This document shows positions 1-12,000 of a DNA stretch of 64,000 nt, piece by piece. Position 1 is the first letter of the stretch. The number at the start of each line of letters is the position of its first letter. Location of the stretch: the IMG/VR virus record IMGVR_UViG_3300025093_000019, positions 15,290 through 79,289 of that record; one strand, written 5' to 3'. The notes beneath the pieces are model-generated. The model saw nothing but the letters and a program-made list of their open reading frames with translations. It was not told the origin of the DNA and ran no database searches. The DNA comes from a virus. The position numbers and the translations under genes were made by a program.

Positions 1-3000
1 TTGGTCTAATTGCATGCTTAGTTACCTGGTTAATTAACTGCTGTTTAATCTTACCCATGTTAGGTAAGTTCAAGCTAATATTACCATCTAGCCTACTCTT
101 AAATAAAAGCTCAGTGTATTGAGTTAACTCTCCAACTTGCTCTGCCTGCTGAATTCCTATATCTTTCAACCAATTAGCAAACGCATCAGGATCTAATCCG
201 CCTTCATCAACAAATTTTTTCATCATGTTGCTGATTGCATCATCAGATATCTTAGCTTTCAAGCTGTTTATTTGACCTACCCTTTCTATGTTTTGAGATC
301 CAACACCCATTTCAGCTAAAAGCTGAGTAGGCTGAGATTGCTTATCTGTCTTTTCAACATCTTGTGCTGCATTTAACTGAATACCAAAGAATCTGTTATC
401 AAGAGTTGTTGATACATTCCAAACATCATCATCGATATTTTGTATTGCTCTTGCACCTGTCTTCACTCCAGATCTAAATACTGCTTGTCCAAGTATTTCT
501 GAAGCTCTTCCTGTTGAAATAACTTCTTCTGTAATTTCATCAAGAGTTCTAGTTCCATTTTCCCAAGATCTATACAGCTGCTGAAGAACTGGTCCAGGCA
601 TCATCTTTCTGAAGTAATCTCTTGCTTTTGCAGAGTTCCTTAAAATACCTTCTGTCAATTCAAGACTTGCATACTTTATATACAAGCTATCATTAGTCGC
701 TAAATCTGTTTTCTTGTAAACAGGTTTACCCATACCTACACCCATGACACCAAGTTCATTACCCCCTAGAGAGTTCTTGAGCAACCTAGTGTATATTGGG
801 TTTTCAAAAGACAAACCATCAGTGTCTTCTGTTGTTGATTTGGCATTGAATATAGTTCTTAACTGATCGTATTCTTGAGTTGAAATATCTTCAAGTATCG
901 CAATGTTCGTATTCATTCCAACACCTCTTGGAGTACTCGTATCAACAACCCATAAAGGTGCCACGGCACCGGAACCTCTCTTAAAGTAATTGTCAACACC
1001 TTTATACTGCATAGTATTTCCGTCAACAATCTGGCTTAAATAGAAATCATTAAAGTGATACATATAGAAGAACGACTCTAATGTAGGGTTTACATCCCAC
1101 CATGTATAACCTTTAGGAGTTTTCTTAGTCATATCAGGATAGGCCCAATCAGTTTCAGTAATTCTATCAGTAGCTGTTCCTCCTCGTTCTCTCCATAGCT
1201 TAACCTCTTTTTTCAAGTGGTTAGCAGCATCCATATGAGTTCTAAAGAATATTGACTTAATCATTTCATCAACATTCTTGTCTTCTGTAATGCCTTTTTC
1301 TTTTAGATCTTTTTGTAACTGAGATTCAAAGAATACATCTTTTGCAGCATTAAAGTCCAAATCTACTCCTGCTTGTGCAGCAGTATTAATTTCTGCATTA
1401 ATCTCTTCATCATAAAAACCACCTTCAATAAGTTCTGCAAGATCTCTTTTGGCTTTTGGAACCTCAGCTGATCTTTTTAACCTACTAAAGTTGTTCCAGT
1501 TATAGACTCTATCAAACTCCATCATAGCACTAGGACCAGCAAAAACATATTCGTTTCCGTCCTCTAGTTTTCTAATTGTATAGTCACTGTCTATTACTAA
1601 ATCAGATCTCTTAAATGCATCTACAATATCCAATCGATTAGCACCTGTTTGCAAATCAGCTAAATACCATTTCATAGTATTAGGATCTGCTATAAACGAC
1701 TCAACAATTTCATTGTATTGCTGAGAAGCATTTTGTGCGTCCAGTGTAGTATCATTTATTACTTGATGTAATTTTGTTCCAGGTATATTTCCAATAACGT
1801 CAACTATTCTTGATGCTGACTTTTTTCTCTGGTTGTTAATGATCCTAAAAATGTTGATTACATTATCCTTAATCCATTGACGATCGACACTTATTGATCC
1901 ATCTTTTAATGTAAATGGATTGTTAGGTAGTTTTATATCAAATACCGGGACACCAGCTTTGTTTGATGTGTTATGATAAGGAAGTCTAAACGTCGGAATT
2001 CTATTTCCTCTAGCTACATCTTCAACAAAAAGACCATTTATTACGAACTCAGCAAAATCAAGCTCAGTCATTTGTCTTCCGTGTCTAGATCCATTTCTTT
2101 CATTTGCTAGACCACCCATTCTAACCATGTCAACAACTTCCCAATCTGATTCAGGATTTAGATATGGATTTAAAACTTCTAAGCCATAAGCTCCAGATTC
2201 ATCTTGTGTTAGTTCAAAGTTTGGATTGTTTGATAGTTCATCAAAAGTGGTTCTTTCAATAATTGTTTTAACCATTTCTTTCAATCCGGATCCACTATTC
2301 TTTCCACTAATTTGTGAGTTAGGAAATAGTCGATCGATAGTACTAGCATTAACATTTCGATAAACTTTTTTACCATCAACAGTGTAATACCACATGGCGT
2401 TATTTCCAAGCTCACTATCTGACTGAACTTTACCAAGGTTCTGAGTAAGTCTCCACATGTCAGTAGGCTTATAGAACTCTTCTCCAATTTCGGCACTATC
2501 TATTGTTGAGTCTTCATTTAGTTCATCTAAAGATTCAGTTTTGTATGCATTCTCTTCATAATACTTCTCAAGAAGACTTCTGATAGAGATGCTAGGATCA
2601 ACAGCTTCTTTTGCTGTAAGCATCCACATTCCTGCTATCTCTGCAATCTTAGCTTGATCAACTTTTAAGTCTGGATTATCTTGGTCCGTGTCTTCAACAG
2701 TGTCCATATATCTATTTATGGCATTGTCGTAAACCAGTTTACCAATATTGAAAAGGTTGAACAATGTTTTTATGTCTGAAGTTCTTACATTTTCACCAAG
2801 TTCAAATGAAACTATTTGAGATTTATTTTTCCCTTTAACAAACTTGATTACTTGCTTATCTGGTGCACCTTTTATTTTAAGTGTAACACCACTTGAAGTT
2901 ACAGATATATCATTGTTCTTACCTACTAACCTCTCTCTTATCCTTTCAGAAACCATAACCTCCCCATCAACAATAGAGAAAAGCGTATTATCTAGTCTCG

Positions 3001-6000
3001 ATTTAATAGATTGAGATATGTGAGATCCAATAGCCATAGAAGATTTCTTAGCATTGTAGAACTTGCTAGAAGTAGTAAATGTCTCTCCTGTAACTTCATC
3101 AAAATCTGTGTATCTTTTTGTATCAGAATACACATCGATAGTACTTCTTGTGGTAACAGATCCAAAGTGAGTAATAATTGCACTTATTAAATTGTCACTT
3201 GCTATACCTTTAGCTTTCACAACATCAGGATCATAACCTAGTATAGCTAAGTTTGATTTACCAGTAGCAACATTAACCATAGATCCCATTCTAAGTTCTT
3301 CATGACTTAAAAGTTTTTTACTTGGATCAGTATATTCACTAACAGCTGTAGGTCCTTGTGCTGCTTCTGTAACCCCAAAGTAATCTTCATAAAAAGATCT
3401 AACAGTGTTGTACGTCGGTGTACCCACTCCTGCATTATTAAATATCTCTCTTAAATGATACTTCAGTTTTTGAAGATCATTAAATCCTTTTGTGTTTTCA
3501 TTTTCAAATCTAGCTTTTTGAGATGCATCCGAAAGAACTTTAAAGATTGTAGGCTCATCAATAGTTCTACCATCTAAATCTACTTCATAAGTGTTTTCAT
3601 CAGTATAATATCTCAAAGGTGTATGCCTAATATGAAGCTTAACCAAATCAGAAAGAGTATCTGTAAAGTTTCTTTCATCAAGGTTGTCCATCATGTTGGT
3701 CTGACTTGTCTCATTTAAAGATTTCAATATTTCATCATCACCCTGAATTTGTTCTGCTAGATATACACCAAGCTTTTTAATCTTTTTATCTGACAAGTTT
3801 AGAGAAGGAACAGCAGAGTTAATAAAAGATATTAATGCTTCAGTGTTCTTACCAAATGTATATACCGTGTAAAGTAATGGTTGCTGACCTTTTAGTTTAC
3901 TTGCATTTGTTCCATTAACATCAGCATATGTTTTTACATCTTTACTACCATCAGAAAGCTCTAAATTAAAATAGTTGTTCTCAATTATCTGTGACTTAGC
4001 CTTATACCAGTTAACAACATTTGCTATTGTATCACTAATACTCATTGCAGGAGTATTGAGATCCCTATTAAAGTTTGAGAACTTAATTATCTGTTGAGCA
4101 ACATGTTTCTTAGCTTCGTCTGCTAATCCATGATCACCATAGATGTTTTTAGCAAACTTCATAAAGCTATCTTTTCTTTCTTCCGGATCTTCTAATACAT
4201 CTGGATTATCTTCGTTTGTATCAGGGTTATATTCACCATCGTTTTCACTTGCTTCTACTTCAGAGAATGATCTCTTATTTGGATCGATATTGAATTTACC
4301 AAGATCTCTCAAGAAGTCAGAATCAGTTTGATCAACTATACCACCTTTAGAATGAGTGATTGAAGAGACATCAATTTGATCAGTGCCCAAATAGAATCCA
4401 TAATTGTTTACATCTTCTGCTCTTGTTAACAATTGTGATTCCTGCTCTGCTTTTACATTTAGCTTCTTGTCCTTACTAGTAAAATCAACAGTCTGAACAA
4501 TCTTTCCTTTCATTATCTTAGAAATCTTCTTGTCCATTATATCTAAGGCAGATTCTAAGGATTTCAATAAAGCGGCAGGAGTGGTTTTTTGATTAACACC
4601 ACGTAATCCTATTTCTGCTTCATTCTTGACATATAAGTGTTCCGCAAGCTCTGGCCATCTTTGATCGAAAGCTTTTGTATCCGGATCTATTAAATATCCT
4701 CTGTTTTGCTGGAACAATTTATATGCTTTAGTTTTTAAAACATCCCTACCAGTGTAAGCAGTTCCCTTTAGATCGTTTAATTCACCCTTAATAAGGTTGT
4801 AGTGATTAGAATCATATTCAGGACTTTGAAGTATAATAGTACTCTTGTCAAATGCAGGACCTACCTTCCAAACATCTACAGCCCATGTGGCTATCTTTGA
4901 AGGTTTACCTTTAGCGTTTGTTATTGTCTTGTAATTAGTAGTCCAATAAGGAGTTCCTATCTGGAATCCTTTGTCTTTTAGTTTTCCTTTAAGTGCAGTC
5001 CAAGATTGCTTGTATTCCCCATACTGAACAGAACCTTGTCTTAAAGATTTCAGTTTTGCACGACCTACAAACCCTTGCTCCTGTCCAGCACCCTTTGCTC
5101 TAAATCCTGCAAGATCTAAATTAAACGATCTTAGATTCATTTGCGATTGTGCATTCTTATCGCCTTTAAATCCTTCTCTAATCTTTTTAAGTAGATCTTC
5201 TACAGCACCTTTGTCTTTATAGTTAATTGGCTCTCCTGTTTTTAGGCCGCCATCAACTCTTTTTCCAAAGTCTATTTCAGGTTGCGGAAGTGTAGCTATT
5301 ACATTGTAATTGTTGTCCTGAATATACTTTAATGCTTGGTCAAAATTCAATTCATTTCCAACGCTCTTACCATAAGAATCAGCATAGAACCTTGCCATCT
5401 CACCAAGAGTTTTTGAGTCTGCCTTGACTAGCAATACATTATTCATTAACTCTGGCTCTCCATCATCATTTAAAAGCTCAATGTTTTCGTGGAATGTTAT
5501 ATTTACAGCAGGAGCAGCCGTCCCATCATTCAGCCTTGACTTAATTGATTTGATAAACTCATTTTTAAAGTTTACATGATCATTCTGAAGATCCCATCCT
5601 CCTCCAATTGTACCTTGTTGGCTTTCTTTTTTCGGGTTCTTATCAAAGAATTCAGCTGCCTTTCTGATCTTGTTCAGGTTTCTGGTTCCGTCAGGATGAT
5701 ACTGATTTTTTGCTGCTAACAATACTTGCTTGGCAGCACCAATAAGACCAGCATGATAATTAGCCGGCTCTGCATCAAAAGGAATTTCTACTGATATCTC
5801 CCAATAAGCCGTTCTTCCTGCTCTGTCTCCAGGTACAACTTCTTGGTATGAAACTCCAGAGATCCTATCATCTTTAATAACTAAAGAGACATATTTAGAG
5901 TTTTCGTTAGATTTGTTTGGCTCTGTTACAAACGTACCTACAATTGTTTTTTGCTCATCTACATATGAATCATAATTTAAGTTAAACGCTGTAATTCTTT

Positions 6001-9000
6001 TGTCTGATAGTTCTGTTCCATACCATTTTTCAAATCCTCTAGATATACCACGGAACGTCAATTCTATTGCGTCGTCAGGAAATACTCCTGTATTTTGAAA
6101 AGTCTTTTGTGGGCTTTGAGATGCATTACCATACGCAAAAGTGTATCCAGCAGCATGCTTCATTGCACCTTCTTTGTAGATTCTTTCAGGGGTTCCGTTT
6201 GCTTCGTTCTGGTTTAAAGTGTCAATACTAGTAACGTCCTGTGTAGAGAACATTTGCTTAAACTCAGTTTCTGTTAATGGACTTTCCTTATCATGATTGA
6301 TTTCATAAAAAGTAGTTCCCTTTACATCTTTGTAAACACCGGTAACTTCAACAAGAGTTGTTGGATCATTATTGTTGACAAACATTTGACTTATGTCAGA
6401 ATGTCCATCGTCATAGTTTCTAACATTCTTGTCTTTAAATTCAGGCAAGATATTGTTATCAACCATTGATTCTCCATATGCTTTATACTCTGCAAACTCT
6501 TGAGAGTCATAAGGCATAACAATAAAGTCAGTGTCTTCTACTTTAGCGATACTGGCATTATCTTTAATCATGGCTTTCACTACGCCTACATTTCGGATCT
6601 TATATTCAGGTCTTCCAGACTTTTCATCACCCTTTGTAAGTATTCTAGCGTAACCACCCAATTGTGCTAGAGCAGCATTTAGTCCATTATTGAATTTTTG
6701 AGATCCATCCGGCATCTTAATAAACCCTTTTTCAAAAGGATCTGCCTCATTGGTGTCTTCAAAGAATTCGTGACTTCCAGGAGTAAGTGTTTTAAGATCA
6801 TAAATATCTAGAACTGGTATTCCATCTTCTATACCAACTACATCTACAATATCAATAGTTCCTGCAACATCATTAATGTAAACAGCAGCAATGGTTTCAG
6901 GAAGAGTTCTGGATCCACCTTTTGTAAGTCTCTGAGCAATTGGTATTGCAACATTTTGAATTACGTCATTAATAAATGGATGATTTTCAAATGTAGAATC
7001 AGCATCATCTCCAATAGGTTCTATTTTAGATAGCTTTGCTTTTTTACTCTTATTGTGCTTATCTACAGCTTCATTATAAGCCTGAATAAGATTTGTAATC
7101 TCTTCTTTATCAGACTTTAAAAACAATTTGTTTCTTCCTGGTGCTTGTCTTGTTAAATAAGCTTCTACTATTTTATGTGCTGCTTGACCTCTTAAAGAGT
7201 AGGATCTATCATTAAAGTCTTTTGTTGGATTTGTTAGATCTTGGTTCTTTCTTTCTGTTACAGAATAAAGACCTTTTCCATCCATTACATATCTAAACTC
7301 AACTCCACCAACTTTAAACTTAGCACCTAAATCAGGTGCCTTTTTAAGTTTGCCTTTTTTGTTAGCATTTTTGATTTGATTTCTTATTCCTTTGAATTGA
7401 TCATCACTAAGTTCTTGAAGTTTAGTGTTTTGCTTTGGACCATCTCCTTCATTGTTTCCAGGTGTACCTGTTTCGCCTACTGGATTTGTTTGTGAACCAG
7501 TTATAGAAGAAAGGAAGTTATCCATTCTTTGAATCTGATCATCTGTTGCTGTTGAAGTCTCTACTATTATTGGAGTACCCTCTTCGCTATATCCGGTAGG
7601 AGAAAGAACTAATGCATATCCAGCTTTAGAATCATCATATTTTTTAGCTCTAGTGGCAGCTGTAAGCATTGCTCTGTTATACAGGTGCTTTGCATCTGCT
7701 TTTTCAATAGCTACAAATATTCTAGGGAACTCTAAACCTTGAACATAGCTTTCACCTTTTTCCATTGTCTTTATAACACTATCCAGATTCAGGTTAGGGT
7801 TATTTATTTTTGACTGAATATATCCTTTTGCTGCATTTTTATCAGCTTCTGTATATACAATCAAGACACTATTTGTTTGCTTAAACTTATCTTGAGAGTT
7901 TAGATCATCTGCAAATCGATCGTACATTTGGCTTTTGCTTCCGGAGAAATATTCTAAACCATTATTTCTTTCAGAATCATAAGTTCCTTTTGGAAGAGTT
8001 ACCTCTTCACCACTAAATATGTTTATTCTAAATGCATTTTGGAAGTTGTTAATGTCAGCGGCACCAGATCTAAATACCTGTGTCGTTGGCATTGTTCTTT
8101 CCATTTTTCTTTCAACAGCTAAAAGCTCTCTTGCCTGCTGATTAATATCTGTCATTTGAGACTGATCACCCAAAAATATAACCTTTGGCTTTGCTACATT
8201 CTGGCCTTTTAACGCAGCCACTAGTGTTTTAAATTCAGGTGTACTAATACTAGAGGCTTCATCAATAACAATAACGTCAGTATTCTTAAATGATTCTATG
8301 TTATTGTTGATTCGATCTATTAGCTGATTAATATTGTATCCTTGGTCCGTTCCATTTTGTCTGATAGACATCATATTGCTTGCAAGAGCAGATTGTAACT
8401 CAGTACTAGGTGCTGAAAGATCGATATTCAAGTTTCTTCCCTTGTAACTAGAGTACATTGATAAAGCTGTTTTTATTATCAATGAAGTTTTACCAGTTCC
8501 TGCAAAACCACGAACAAATAATGACCTACTTAAAAAGTCATTGATCATGTGTCTTGATGTCTTATCAGATTTAGACTGTCCAGTTATAGCCTCCTCTAAA
8601 TCCATCAACATAGCATTGTCAGGATTCACTAATAACCCATACACATGCTTAATAACTTCCATCTGCTCAAAAGAAGGAAGAACTCCAGATTCTTGTCTTA
8701 TCTGATTTACAGCTTCTTGGAAGCTAGAATAAAAACTTTTAGAGTCTAGTCTTGCTATATTCTGAATGTAGTTCTGGAAGTAAACTCTTGCAAATTGTTG
8801 CTTCGCTCTTAAACTATCTGTCATTAAACCTTCCGGTGTTGACATAGAAAAAGACTGATAAGTATATGCATCATCATAATTTGCATCTGTAAACTCATCA
8901 GCATTTAAGTAAGTTAACTTTTTCTTTTTAGCACTCTTATACTTTTCAAAGTATAGAGTTAACTCTTTAGCGACCTTTTTAGAGTCTTGACCTTTTAAGA

Positions 9001-12000
9001 AGTTGTGTAGATCCGACTCAATATCAACAATGATTTTATGAGCCTGGTCTAAAGCTTCTATCGGATAATTTCCATTATCTGCATAAAAAGATTCAGCTTC
9101 ATTTAATAAATCTCTAACTCTTGCTTGATTCGCTTCAATACCTTCGTAAACTTCTTTATCAAGATTAGGAAGAGCAGTAATCATATTTATGATGTCATTC
9201 TTAATCTTGTAGTCATTTAGTCTTAGTCTTGACTCTTTATTCTTTTTGTCATTTACATCTAATCCCTGCTTAATTTTTAAAGACTCCAAAAGAATTGCTT
9301 TGTCCATTAACTCTTCTTGGATTCTTTTTGCCTGAGCATCTGTTATCTCGGCTTCAGCACTTGGCTTTAAGTGTCCAATGTCATGTTGTTTACCAACCTC
9401 TGACATGTATCTACTTGCATTGACAACATATGAGTTATTTCTAATAGAACGCTCTAAAAGCTCAATGTTCTGTAGATCTTCTTCATTAAGTGTTCTTGAT
9501 GCTAAATCTTTCAAAGACTCAGTAATCGATATCTCATTACCTTGTCGATCGACATATGTATCATAATAAAGAGACTTGAAATCATCTTCATTGAATTCAA
9601 CTGGAGATTGAGGAGTTATTCCTTGTGGTTTCCCATAATGACTTAGTTGAGATAAAGGAATTGCTTCTTCCCTACCTTCAACCATTGCAAACTGCTCTCC
9701 GTCAAAATCTTCAATGCTTTGAACTTTTCTTGGTACTCCAAATTGTTCTTTACCATCTATTTTCCACTGAACATTATCACCAACTTTAACCTCAGAAGAG
9801 GCTTCAAAGTTCTTAATAGTATTGTCTATTTCGTTCAAAAGCTTAAACGCACTGTTTCTTGCGGAACCAGCTGGAGCTTGCTCAAGTTTACCCATCCAGT
9901 AATCTTCAGCAGTCATACCCATTATTTCTTCCTGCTCTTTAAATGCAGCAACTTCTTCTTCAGTCGGTTCTAAAGCAGAGCTATCTGGAATGCTTTCGAG
10001 AATTGCCTCTTTTTCTGCTTGAAGTTCTTTAATTAACTTCTCTCTTCCTGCTTCACTTATTCCAAGATCTGTTGCTTTTCTTTGCAAATCTGCAATCTTA
10101 CCTAAAGCAGTGTCGTAATCTCCAATGTCTTCAGCATATTGACCAGAAATATCTGGATCTACCATAAAGTCATCAGCAAGAACTTTTGATTCAAATTCTT
10201 TACGCTGCTTTGATCTTTCTTTTACTTGCTCAATAGTTTCTGCACGTTTTCTATCATATCTTTTATGAACATCATCCATTGCTGTCGCAGGAGGAACATG
10301 ATTAGATCCATCAGGAGCAACCATATATGTATCATTTTCAGCACTGAAATGCTTTAAATGAGTGTTAACCTGATTTTCTTTTACTCTTCGTCCAGAAGTA
10401 ATCTCTTTTAATTGAAGTGATAGATCTTTTTTCTGTCTTTGTAGATCTTTTAATTGTTCTTCTAACTCAGCAGTTTTTTCAGCATTCCCTACATTTTCAG
10501 CCATCTCGTTATTTAAGGCTTCTATCTCTCTTTGTAAGCCTTGTGAAAACTTCTGATACTCAAAGGCTTCTCTAAGCAATGCTTTACCTTCCATGTTAGA
10601 CATCATCTCTTCAATGATTCTAGGATTAGGCCTTCCATTCTTTTCGCCTTGTCTTGCTATTTCTTTTTTGATGGTTTCAAAAAGCTTTACAGACTCATCA
10701 AGCTCTTGCTTAAATATTCTGTAATTCTCTTCATGAATACTGATTGAGTTCGGATCATTCTCATCTACTAGTTTACCATCACTAGTAACATCTGTAGGAC
10801 CAAATGTACCCATTGTTCCTTGAACCTTCCCAAATGCCTCATCAGCTTTTTTGTAAAGAATATCTTGATTTCCTGAAACAATAAAGTCAGCAATCATACC
10901 ATCTCTTGTAGGTCTTGTGCTTGTGTTTCCATTCATGGCATTTGTGATACCTTGAATACTACCCATAAATCCACCACCTATAGCACCAAGCCAAAACTCT
11001 TGTGCTATCTCTCCTTTAGTGTTATTCCAGTAGTTACTAAAGAAACCATCGTTATGATTGTAATAATTAAACATACCGCCTTCTGGTATATTCTCAATCA
11101 TGTTTACATTTTTCTCGTAAGTCTCTTTAGATATTTCTCTTCTTTGCTGATGTTTTTTATCCCACTCGTAATACTTACCGTCTTTAGCTTCGTATTTATA
11201 TCGATCGGCTTTAATTCTAGCCTCTCTATTTTGAGAGCTAACTATGTAATCATTAATAGTAGTGTAAGCACCTTCAAGTCTTCCTTCTATAACTTCTTCA
11301 GTACCTTCTTCTAAAGCTGCCTTCATAAAGGTTGGCATCTTTTCATAAGCGTATGAACCACCTCTTTTAGTAAGCTCCCATGTTTTCTTTCCTAAGTTTT
11401 TACTGTGTCCTAAAAGCCTATTAACTAACATCTTAGATGCAGCTTTAGTTTCTTCTTCTGTCAACTCCTTAGCTGTTTTTCCAAACGAACCAGCTGCAAT
11501 ATCAATAATTTCTCTTTTGATAAGTTCGTCAGCATCAGATTTAACTAAAAATCTTTGTAACCCATCATCCAAGATGTTTGGGCCAAACCTTTCAACAGCA
11601 AATGCTGTAGCAAGCATAGGACCATAAAGAAGTGTTTGCTGATCTTCAGTAAGACCTATTTCGTAACCGGTTCTTTTTAAACCGTCAGCAGCTTGAATTG
11701 CCATTAATCCTGCACCAAGTCTTGTTCCAAGTTTTTGAAGCTTATGTAACTTTTCTATATCAGTAACACCCCTAGCTGCTGCCAACTTTGTAGGTAATTT
11801 TCTTGTTATAACCATTTCTAGAATTTGGCCAATAACAGCACCTGAATGCCATGCCAATGCAGTTCCATTATCATTCCAAGAAACATCTAAAACATCTTGA
11901 GGAGTACTTACGGAAGCCCAAGAAGCTAAATTCTTAAAATACTTATCGCCTTGATCTAAAAAATCATCATCTCTTCCCGGAACATGATCTATTCCACTAA

